The notes under the pieces: model-generated
What the model saw: the letters and a program-made list of their open reading frames with translations, nothing else
What the model was told of the DNA's origin: nothing
The model's database searches: none
From: Cycas panzhihuaensis
Taxonomy: Eukaryota > Plantae > Cycadophyta
Assembly: GCA_023213395.1 (NCBI GenBank)
Contig: CM041465.1
Span: forward strand, 137,337,741 to 137,401,740
Direction: 5' to 3'
Length of the DNA: 64,000 nucleotides
In this document: piece by piece, positions 1 through 10,398 of the stretch
Layout of the letters: each line of letters opens with the position of its first letter
Numbering within the stretch: the stretch's first letter is position 1
Position numbers and translations under genes: made by a program

Positions 1-438
1 TGGGCTTACCGCACCTCTATCCGGACGGCTACCGGGATGACCCCATTCTCGTTAGTGTACGGAACTGAGGCGATACTCCCGTTGGAAGTGGAGATTCCTT
101 CTCTTCGGGTTTCTTCTAGGCGACATCGATGAGGAGTCTATTCGCCAGCTCGCCTCCTCGACCTCAAGCCCCGAATGAGAAGCGCTTAGCTACTGTGCGA
201 ACCTTGCCACGAAAGCCCGCCTTCAAAGGACATACGATAAACGCCCGTACTGCGTCCTTTGTGTCCTGGGACCATGTCCTCAAATTGGAATATCTCTACG
301 ATCGCACAATTCGCCCAAGTGGTAGGTCCTTCGTCGCCTCGACAAATTTCAAGAACAACAAGATATAGGATCGCCACCTTGGGCGGCTTGGAGTTTGAAA
401 AAGCGGTCAATGGAAATTCCTCAAGAAGTTCTACGTGA
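1..438 (+). pseudogene. Tat/Ogre-type integrase C-terminus (frameshifted)
   Basis: Frame 1 reads [37 protein letters not shown], then DHVLKLEY, GPF and EKAVNG..LKKFY before TGA, across 1-bp shifts. Confidence 0.92.
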
Positions 439-454
439 TTTCCTCACCGCGTTC

Positions 455-858
455 AAACGAGCCTAAACTACCATTTTAAATTGTTCCCATTCCTCCCAAC
501 CACGGTGGAATGGCGCTTAAGATGGATTCTCAAAGCCTAAACTACCATTTTAAATTGTTCCCATTTCTCCCAACCACGGGTGGAATGGCGCTTAAGATGG
601 ATTCTGTGCTAAAACGAGCCTAAACTACCATTTTAAATTGTTCCCATTCCTCCCAACCACGGGTGGAATGGCGCTTAAGATGGATTCTTGCTCAAACGAG
701 CCTAAACTACCATTTTAAATTGTTCCCATTCCTCCCAACCACGGGTGGAATGGCAATTTAAGATGGATTCTTGCTCCGAAACGAGCCTAAACTACCATTT
801 TAAATTGTTCCCATTCCTCCCAACCATGGGTTGAATGGCAATTTAAGATGGATCCTTG
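455..858 (+). repeat. Tandem array of five ~76-85 bp units, each a long hairpin
   Basis: Unit AAACGAGCCTAAACTACCATTTTAAATTGTTCCCATTCCTCCCAACCACGGGTGGAATGGC(GCT/AATT)TAAGATGGATTC starts at about 455, 531, 612, 694 and 779. Confidence 0.97.
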
Positions 859-1439
859 TTTCTTCTTCTGGTTCCTCATGCGAACCTGCTCCCGTGATAC
901 TCTTGGGAACCTTTGTCCTCCTACTTGGGCATTCCCCAACTAGACGACTGGGAGTATCGTTGCTCCTTCCGTGCTTGTGATTTCCTTCAGATATTCCGCT
1001 ATGCTCCCTCAGGACGTGCATGTCGCCCTATCTTCTAACCTCACACCTCTCGATCACCTCGCTCACTTGGATGGATGTGTGCCTCGTTAGACATACTACC
1101 ATACATGGAAGGAAACACATGCATATTGCAACAAAATATTTACAACAAGCATCTACAACATATAAACATTTGCAAACATACAAAATCATTCATTTACAAA
1201 ATAAACTATACATGCTACCTCTATCATACATGATACACGCCATTTCATATCAAAAGCGGGTTCCAATCACCCCATGTGTATATATATCAAAATGTCATAG
1301 TACATCGTGTATGTGGGAAGCTGAGATCCTGCAGGGGGGGTACAATCATGTGAGCCTACATATGACCCTCGAGGCCCGGCTTCCGTCAAAATCTATACAT
1401 GTGCATACCTCGCCATCGCTTGCCCCCGATCCCGGTTCC

Positions 1440-3170
1440 GCCCCTCGGTCTGTGATCCCTCGCCTGGGGCCCACTTACGTGCGCGGCCCCGCCTGGGCCT
1501 CCGCGAGCCGCCTCGCCTCCTCCTCGGCCCCGAGGCCGCCTGGTCGAGCCAGGTGTGTGTGTGTCCGGCCCGGCCGACCTCGAGACCATCTGCCACCACC
1601 GGGTCGAAGTGACCGGATGCGTCCCTCTCGCCGAGTCCTCCTCGACGACTCGCCTATCCTCCGACGCCTTAAGGTGCTCCTCTAGGACTGCGAGGCGAGT
1701 GCTGATCCTCGATCCTCCTCGCCCGCCTGCTCGTCTCACAGAGCTCATCTCGCCGCCTCGGTCGCCGAGCTCTCGCTGCCGCCTTTAATGCCATGTGCTC
1801 CTGGGTCTCGCAACCCATGTCTCAGACTCACCAAGGGGCGAACGTCAGACATAGGCTCTGCCGATCTAGGCGCATCTTCGCTCGATGGGCTGCCCTCCTC
1901 ACAGAGACCGAGGGAACAACTCTCTCACCGCAGCCTCAGACTCGCTTACACCGCCAATGCAACATGCCATGTGTCGCAGTGTACCCTCGATGCGATAAGA
2001 AAACGAAATCAAAGCTCTGCCTAGATGTCAAACGACTAAGGAAGCGGTTAGGTCTCACTCGCTATGGCCTCCGGTCCCTCCGCCGGGTGACATCCTCCTC
2101 TCCTGCTCCCCGCCACCGGGGCCTCATCCTCGTGCACGCCCTCCGCCTCATCTCTAGTGGATCGGTTTCACCGCCCTCCCGGAGCTCCTCACGATCCGGA
2201 GCTCAGTGCCTCGGTCCTCGCCGCCCGCTGCCTCCGCAGCCTCGATGGGCTCGCCCCCGCGGCAGCCTCCGGATGGTCTCGCTGGCCCCTCGTGACCGTG
2301 GGCTCGCCCATCTCTCCCATCATCGCCGTCATCATCCCCATCGCCACCGCCTCGATGGGTGCTCCTCCTCCTCCCGCTGGTCATCGCCGCCCACCTCACC
2401 GCCCTGTACGGATCCGCCACGTAGTCTGCCAAGGTGAGGAGGTCGAGTGATGTCGCGTCGACCGACCGACGAACATGGGCCTGGTCCTCCGTCCCCCGGA
2501 ACCTCGTCACACTGTGGACCATCTGGGGTCCACCTCGATATGGGGAACGGCCTAGCTGGTGCCACCGCCGCAAATGATCAAAACCAAAGACCGCAAAGAA
2601 CGCGGTCAGATGAGAGTCCTCCTCCGCTCGACCTCCGATAGCATCTAGTTGAGCGACGAGGTTCGCCGCAACTAGAGTCGCCCAATCCATCCTCTCGCGC
2701 CACACCGCAGGTCTGGCCCACCCATCCTCCCGGATCTTCAGAGTTCTGCTTCCGGAGATCCTAATGTAATGCATAGTAAAATAAGTTTCTCGCCTGAGGA
2801 ATCTCGATGAAGGACTGCCTGAGGGGAGCTCCTCCACGCCATCCGGTTCCCCGTGAGGAACCGAGCCGCCTGTGTGCCGCCTCAGCAAAGGCCCTCACCT
2901 CACGGGTCTCCTGGCCGCCGACCCCTGTGATCCGCCTGACATCCTCCGGAGTAATGGTGACATCTCCAATCTGCGGAAGTGGAATACGTGCCTCCTCCTG
3001 TCCCCAAAGGCGACACTATGTCCACTAGGAGTCTCGATTCGATGCGAACTGGGGTCTTCGTGGCCTCAGACAGCCGCATCTCTTCGTGGATCGCCTGTCC
3101 TCCCTTGGCCGACATCTCCATCCAACTCAAGATGGGCATGCCGACATTCTCGATGCTATCCACCGCAGAA
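1440..3170 (-). pseudogene. Antisense plant mobile domain (PMD, aminotransferase-like) gene of element A, with G/E-rich and coiled-coil-like tail; frameshifted
   Basis: Pieces ENVGMPILSWMEM, ESRLLVDIVS, WDRRRHVFHF, GDVTITPEDVRRITG, ERMDWATLVAANL and YVADPYRAVRW are collinear with the PMD ORF at 51289. Confidence 0.8.
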
Positions 3171-3624
3171 TCGCCGCAACCAAAGGAAAATCACCGGTTA
3201 GTCTCCCAGCTACGCCTAGGCTCCTAAATGCCTCCCGCTTGTTTTCTTCGAGTTTGGGAGCCTTTGGGGCTCCTGCTCTTTATTTCTTTATTTCACAACT
3301 GTCACAGCGCCTGCCTAAACTTAGCTGCATAAGTTTGGGCGGCCTCATGGCGATTCGTCTCACTGCGATCCCGCGGCCAAGATCGCAGATCAATCTTGCC
3401 ACAGATCACGGGCCCTCCGAAAAGAGGGTTTCCGCCCAGAAATCAATTTTGTGGTGGACCCCTGGGCCCACCGGACCAAGGCCGCTTAATGCCTGTGTCC
3501 CCGCCTCTTCCCGGTCCGCTTTGGACCCGAGAGGCCTCTAATCGCCCATAAGGCGAAAATGCATTAAAATTAATTTAAAAAGCAATAAACTTTGAGCTTT
3601 GAAACGACTCAGGATATCGTTGGA

Positions 3625-3810
3625 TCCACTCACCGGGTCCGGCCCCGACGGCCGCCATAGCGCCTCCGGATCGTGGCGATCGCCCCTCGCCGAATCCGAC
3701 GGCCGGATCGCCCTCTGCCTCGAACGGGAGGCCGTCAGAAGGAAAAGGCTCTAGTTTCAGACGAGAGCCTGGAAATGAATCCGGTTTTCATTGATTTTTC
3801 CTTATATAAA
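3625..3810 (-). promoter_or_regulatory. TATA box and 5'-UTR splice donor of the antisense PMD gene (element A)
   Basis: Minus strand TTTATATAAGGAAAAATC at 3810 and GTGAGTGGATCC at 3633. Both are conserved in B (50611 TATATAAGGAAATTC; 50802 GTGAGTGGATCC). Confidence 0.6.
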
Positions 3811-4302
3811 GTGGGCCCCGGGCACTTCTTCCGCTTTTAGCTTCGTGGACAATCGCTGGGACCGCCTCGCCGCTACCGGTCACCTTTCCTTCCGCCCCTG
3901 TCGCCCATTGTGCTCCATGGACCCTTCTTGCTTCCCCATGTGAAGGCATTTACGGCGCTCATGTTTACGCTTTGGAGGGCCCGCTTTGCATCGCTTATGC
4001 TGGCCGCTCTGCGGCGTGCCCGAGTTTATACTGCTTGGCCTGCCTCGCCGCCTGACTCACTTGCAGCCCTTTTTCGCCTCCCGGCCCCCAAAGGAAATGC
4101 TCCTCCGTCCGGGGCATGTTTTGCTTCCCAAGCAACTTTTGGGGACTCCGGCGCCTGCCTTCCGCCACTCCCGCTCGAGGACTTGCTCTCGCCTCCTGTA
4201 GCCTCATCTAGGTCCTCCTACCCTTCGCTCGCCGCTTGTTATTCGAGTCTCGTGTTGCTTTTATTTCTATTGGTGTTTTATTACTAAAGCTTAGCATCCA
4301 CC

Positions 4303-4711
4303 ATGTCTCTCCTTATTTTCACCGATGGCTGGAAGTCGCGAACCCCTGACCCTCCGCCGCAGATGGATTCTCCAGAGCCTCCCGACACGACCACCGCTGC
4401 TCCGGTCTTTCTTCCCGAGGCCACCAATAACGGCCGAGTACACTACCGCTATTGAGGCCCTCACCGATGCTCTTCGCTTTCATCGCGGTTCCATTGTGTT
4501 GTTTTGCGATTCTCGTGTCGTGGTGTCCCATCTCACCTGTGTTTACTGTGTGCGTGCCCTCACCGAGAACCCTCGCTCGCCGCCAGTCCCTTCCGCCTGC
4601 TTCTCATCAGCAGATATTCAGCATATCCCGAGGCACCTCAATGCTGAGGCCGACAGCCTCGTCCGCCTCATCCTTGAGCGTCGCCTTCCTCTCCTTGATG
4701 ATCGCCCCTGA
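4303..4711 (+). CDS. Stand-alone RNase HI-like (aRH-type) ORF in the 3' region of element A; at least one frameshift
   Basis: CCACCATG start; MSLLIFTDG...EATNN / AEYTTAIEAL...VLFCDSRVVVSHL...HIPRHLNAEADSL. All four acidic D-E-D-D positions are present. Confidence 0.85.
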
Positions 4712-5832
4712 GACTTGCCTGGCCAGCCCGTGCCCAAGTTTCCGGTTGTTACCAGTTAGCTATGCTTATTTTACTTTGCTGGATGCCTCTCACTTCACGT
4801 TGCACTTCTAAGAACGGGGCATCCCTTTCACTTGCTTATTCCAGCTTCAAGCCTGTGATTAGACGACGCAGGCGCCTCACGCTGTCCTCGCCTCTGCCTC
4901 CCTTGTCCACGCTGCCCGCCACGACACTTGCCTACACCCCCGGATCACGCGTCGCTCTTGATTGCTCTTATATATATATATGCATGTGCTACTCATGTTT
5001 TCTTGATTGTCAGCATTCGCCATCACATTACGCCCGAGCAAGGAGGCTCTCACCGCCATAAAGGCGTGTTTCACCAGTGGAATGGACCCTGGATGCATCG
5101 GCACGTGTTTGTTCGTGTATATGTTTTCACTTTTCTTACTTATGATTGCTAAGGTAATTTGGAGTAATTTGACTGACATATGCCTGCCTACATGCATTTG
5201 TTTGATTGCCTGTTCATAATGCATGTGCCTAATCTGCACCCTTTAGCCTATGACGACTCACAATGGGGCATCCATAAGCGGATGCGACACCTCAGATGGC
5301 GATGTACCCACTCACGATGTCTCCATGGTCTCGTGATGCTCTTGCCACTGCTTGTCCTTATTGCATGCCACTTATGTTGCAAACCCTTCCTAAGCCTTGG
5401 CTTAACCCTTAGTTAGGGCTCTTCAGATCGCTTGGTGCATTTGCCCAACGCCTGGCCTTCCCCGCTTGACATATTTCGTGCCTAGCCACCGCTTACCCTA
5501 AAGACCGATGTTTATGACTTTTATAATGTATTTTTCTTCTTTTTTCTTTTTCCGAAGTTTCGTGCACCGCAGTAAACTAAGCTTGCATCACGGAAGTCTG
5601 CTGCATCAAGTTTGCCGCAGACGACCGCTTAAAATTTTAAAGAAGCCACGCGATGCTGGCCGCTTTTTGGAACCGCCACAGGGGTTCTGCAGACGATCGA
5701 GGCGCCCCAAGGCCCCCAACGCTCACTGCTATGCCCAAGGCATAAAACCTCTTTTTCATTCATTTGCCTCATTCTTGAGTTCATTTTTCTAGACTTCTAA
5801 GCAAAAACTCTACCAAAAGACAAAGGAAAACA

Positions 5833-7556
5833 TGTAAACTAAAGATTTTGATGCACAGCAGCTTGAGCGTATGAAGTGGCTACTACCACTGGAGTTGCAG
5901 GCCATCACGCCCCTCACGCCTCCATCACAAGCTTCACCTTCTCTTACGAATACTCAAAGATCTAAAGCATTTCTTCACAAGAAAGACTACTCCAAAGGAC
6001 AACTTCTAGCTCCCATCTTGCACTTGAGCTTCCTCCTTCCATCTTCTTGCAAAGGACACCAAAACCAAATTTTAGACATTGCTTGTGCCGCCCAAGTAGC
6101 CAAGGTGCATGCATGCATGCTCTCCTTCATTCAAGGTATTTCTTGTCTCTTGTTGGTGCATTTTTCCTTGCTTTTTGTTGTTCTAGTGCAATTTCCTTCC
6201 TCTCTTGCATATACTTGCTTTGGGATCTTCTTTTGTCATTGGATGCAAGTAATCTTGGCTAGTGGTGACTTACTATAGCTACCGCCCTTAGATTGGTTAT
6301 ATTTCTTTGCATTTCCTTGAGACTCGCCCTTCCCTTTCTAGCTTTCTCTTCACCATTTTCTAAGCTAGTCAGATAAAGGGTTTCACGCGAGGATTAGAGG
6401 GAGATAGGGTTCCGCCCCCATTGCCATCCTTCTCCCAAGGGTTCCGCCCCTTGTCCTCTCTCTCCTTTATCACCCGCTCTTTCTTAGGAAACGGGGTTAA
6501 GGGAAGCCTAAGAGGGTCGGTTTGAGTTCTTTCCTTTGGTGTAGGCAACCCGTTACTACTGCTCACCTGCCTCGCTAGCATTACCTTCCTGACCCCGTGG
6601 AGACCACTCGTGGGTGAGTTAGCCATCCCGAGGCTACACTCATTCCATATAGTACATTTTGTGGTGCTTGATAGCTTGTATGCTTACCGCAAGTTGTTGT
6701 TGTTTCATTTTTGGTTACGTGTTGGTGCGTAACTTGGTTTCTTTAGTTTAGTTGATTTCATTTCAAGATATACACATATATCTTGTTGTGCCAGAGCCTC
6801 TCCCCGAGAGGAAGGCATTCTCCGCTTTGTTTGCAGGATCACGCCGAGGGAGTGGTGCACCAGATCAACCCGGCTTGGTCGGCTCTCGCAGTATCTCTTC
6901 TCCCTTTTCGCTTCGAGCTTTGCTTGTCCTTTTGTTTTATTCGGCCTTTGCATGCCTTAGGGAGGTAAGTAAACCCCTTCGCCGCCTCCAACCGACGTTG
7001 CATGCGTGGAGGAGAGAGGAAAGGAGCGCAAACCGAGAGAGAGGATCGTGACTTCATCCTCAACCGCCGGATCCGTATTCTCGCGTTTCCTTTGTTTTTT
7101 TCCTTTTTATCGTTCTTGCCTTTTTTACATGCTTAATAGGTAAAAGAGAAGGGAATATAAAGAAAAGGGAAATAGTCTTTTATTTTACGTTTACTTTTTT
7201 GTACCGTTTCTTTTACATTGCATTACGTAGAGACAAGACCCATTTACGTTGTATTTCCCAACCCATGCCTTACTTCACGCCTGCTGCACGCTGAGTTTGT
7301 TGCCCTCTCGCTGCCTTCTCATCACCTTGAGAAGCCGCAACGCCGAGGTTTCCTTTTCCTTCCCGCCATCCGAAGGTAGGAAGGCCTCGTCTTCTTTGGC
7401 CACCGAAGCAACCAGCACCTTGCGATCCTGCATCGCTCCGGCCCAAGACGGACGACCCGCGGTGAGATCCTCACTGCCTAGCCCAAATGTTGTGTTTTGT
7501 ATCTCTTTGCTAGACGTAGGATCGCATTCCCGCGAGAGCGCTTTTGATCGTGTTCA
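5833..7556 (+). repeat. Probable 3' LTR of element A
   Basis: Purine-rich AAAAGACAAAGGAAAA precedes TGTAAAC, and the region ends GTGTTCA. It loosely resembles the B LTR (TGCAGG; GGTAAG..AAxCCCCT). The left boundary is uncertain. Confidence 0.5.
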
Positions 7557-8495
7557 CGGGATAATCACCTCGAGTAGAAATAATGAGGATGATCGATAAC
7601 GGTATCAAGGGTGCAGATAGAAACCTACAAGCGAAGCGAGTACCACGCAGGGCGCCCCGTGTGCTGGAGCACGAGTTCGGGACCTGCGGATGATACCCAA
7701 CTACCTGAGAGTGGTTCCCCACCTCAAAGAGAAAGGGGGAAAGTGAGAGAAGTAGCCTGGATAGACTTAGGAAGAAAGTCCTCCCACCCTTGGATGGTCG
7801 GAAGGGGAGGAAGAGAATACCCAAGGGTTTCCCTATGATGGAGGGAAACAAGCGGGAGTAAGGTAAGTGATAGCCTACGGTGCGGCTAGGATCTTCTCGA
7901 TTATTTGATCGAGCAAATAGAGCCGAGAAGAGGAGAAGGGAGCGGGAGTGGACAACAATCCCAAAATCTCCCTTAATGATTCGACCAGGAAGGCGAGAGT
8001 GATGTGGCATATGCAAGCAAACAAAACCAAACAAAGAAAACAAGCCAAAAGGGGCGAGGATTGGTTTTGCAAGCTCAAGAAAAGATGAAGGAAAAATCTC
8101 CTAAAGTCTTTTCTCAGAGTGAATGTGGTGCGTAATGTGTAAATATATAAATGCGAGTAAAAGATATTAATTTCCTTTTCCCTTTTATGTTTGACCTATT
8201 TAACTAATGCATAGACCACAACTAAAAGTACGAAAAGGAAAGTGAGGACAAGAGGAAGAAGTACGTACCCAGGAGAGTAGCGGCCGATAGGAGACCTCGC
8301 TCATGTGCCACGTACATCCTCGCCAAGCCCACAGATAATGGAGGGGCTTCCTTACCTTCCCCTTGCGAAAGGAAAAAAAGAAAGGAAACAAAAATGAAAG
8401 CAAAGAGCAAAACACAAGAGACCTTACCTGGATCTAAGTGCTTGACACCTTTGCGAGAGCACCGCGACAACCTGCACATGCACAAACTTATCCCT
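7557..8495 (-). repeat. Partial 5' LTR of the duplicate of element B, interrupted by element A
   Basis: Matches 57685-58620, which abuts the PBS of B. Confidence 0.8.
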
Positions 8496-8499
8496 TCTA

Positions 8500-8765
8500 A
8501 GAAGGGGCTGCAAGAGACAATCTATATAAGCTTTATGTGAGTACGATATAAACTGGCAATTGTAATTTGTATATTATAGAAAGTAGTAATAATGTAGGTA
8601 GGACCCAAGTATCACTTGTTGGTAAAACTATCTTGTGGCATCAAAGATTAGGCCATATTAGAGAGAAAAGCCCCTATAATTTAGCCATATTAGAGAGAAA
8701 AGCCCCTATAATTTATTCTTCAAAGGTATGGTTGAAGACATCCCTGAAATTTATGGCTTATTATA
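8500..8765 (+). pseudogene. Ty1/copia GAG-pre-integrase fragment (also at 58625-58870)
   Basis: NLYKL...KTILWHQRLGHIREK..KGMVEDIPEI. Copy 1 has a private 32-bp tandem duplication at ~8652-8714. Confidence 0.8.
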
Positions 8766-9132
8766 TAACCACTAGTGGTTGGCAGAACTCTTGAGAATGT
8801 ACTCTTTGTTAGTAAGAAGCAGATGTTAATGCTCATAATTAAAATGTGTATGTAGGTCACTTGGGGCTACTAATGGAAATAAAGGCCTAATGCCTCTTCG
8901 ATGAGATCCATTTTCTAAATGGCTAATTTGCCTATTTAAGGCCCTATGGATATGAAAGAAGATTAGTTTGTGAATGTGAAATTACTATTGCCCTTTAGTA
9001 TGATCTTTTAATATTTATTTTAGTGTTTATTTATACTCTTTTTCTATGTTCTATTTTCTATTTATATATAAAGACAGACTAAGAGAACTATATTAAGTAG
9101 TATCATAGCTCAGTTATATAATAAATGGGAAC

Positions 9133-10370
9133 TGTAGAATAGGTTAAAATCAAGGAAAGTTTTTCCCTCCAATATGATTAAGTACTTTCTTTACACAAGT
9201 AGAGATTGAGAAAAGATCACCTCTCAGTACTCTCTCTATAGGGATATTGAGGAATAAAATCTGCGACATTCAAGACTCATAAAGAAAAGGAAATTTTATT
9301 TCCCCTTAGTAATGCTCAACACCTTTTCTTTGAATTTGATTTAGTTCAGTTCAATTTTATTTCAATTACAATACCTGTATTGTTAGTCCAAGGGTAGATA
9401 ACTCCACTTAGCAGCTATCCTTTTCCCTTTTGATCCTCATTCCTAGGTAGATAACTTTGTGTAGCAACTACTTAAAGTAGTTAGATAGAGACCCTATACT
9501 AGCGGTCTATAAAAATCATAATGATCTTTCATTCTGGCTAAGCATAATGTGAGTTTTCTGCCCTTTACATGAAGGACTAGAGATAACGCTCCTGAACTAA
9601 GCCCTATAGACAAAACTTAGCTATAGAATTGAGCCTCCATGTACCTTTGGGCATAGAGGAGGATCCCTTTAGGTCTTGAATCCTTCTTAATGTAGACAAC
9701 TTATTGGTCACTAAAGTCTTGTAGTGTATTAGTTGGTGATTAGTGCCATGAAGCTACCTGTTCTTACATTCTACATAAAAAGTTTATTAATATGCTTATA
9801 AGACCAAGTACACCTTTTCTAGTGGTTGGTAGGATACCTTGTTACTACTCACATCATGCTTACAATATTCTACTTCTTACTTAAGATCTAAATACACAGG
9901 ATAATAGACCTTTAATTGATAACTTCACATGCTAAACATAACCATGTAAGTAACAATCTATCAATAACAATTCTAGCTCACAAAGAAAAAATAACTACCA
10001 ATAGTTAGATTTATTAAAAGAAAGTAATTTCCTACTCTGCTGAGAATTCTAATTTTTAAAATACTTCCTAGATTTAAAAATAACTAACACAGTTAGATTT
10101 AGGTTTTTATTAAAAAAAAATGTCTATAATATGAAAATACCTAGGGTATTATGTCATGTTAATCATTTTTCATTAGGGTAGTTTTAACATAAAATTTTAG
10201 GGTATAATGATATATAGGCATCTATGGGACCCATTGCCCAAAAATTTCACTTAAGACCCACCTATCCCACTTTAACGAGCTTCTCATGCTTATTTTAGTA
10301 TACTAGGTAAATCTATTATACTTTTAGGGTCAATAGGCTATAAACACCTTACAACTGCACCCCCCACTTA
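9133..10370 (-). repeat. ~1.2-kb LTR with preceding PPT (also at ~59229-60465)
   Basis: Minus strand AAGTGGGGGG PPT, then TGTAAGG... ending ...AACCTATTCTACA at 9133. Confidence 0.6.
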
Positions 10371-10398
10371 TCATTCCCTCACTTAACTCCTAACCTCT

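Larger units (their letters stand above)
1..7556 (+). mobile_element. Ty3/gypsy Tat-like LTR retrotransposon A, 3' half (IN C-terminus, long 3' cargo region, 3' LTR)
   Basis: Integrase C-terminus at 1-438. Internal region is homologous to element B. It ends ...GATCGTGTTCA at 7556, exactly where similarity to the uninterrupted copy at 57685 begins. Confidence 0.85.

Noticed and set aside
455-858. CRISPR array or hammerhead ribozyme (retrozyme) array
   Set aside because: Units are contiguous with no unique spacers and no cas genes, and there is no CUGANGA/GAAA core on either strand.
1020-3541. Plus-strand ORFs of 221, 214 and 151 aa
   Set aside because: They are GC-rich shadows of the antisense PMD gene with no recognisable domain.
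7510-8043. 177-aa hydrophobic ORF present twice (also 57641-58174), possible env or ORF1
   Set aside because: It lies in LTR sequence and starts at a non-ATG codon. Its conservation is explained by the recent duplication.
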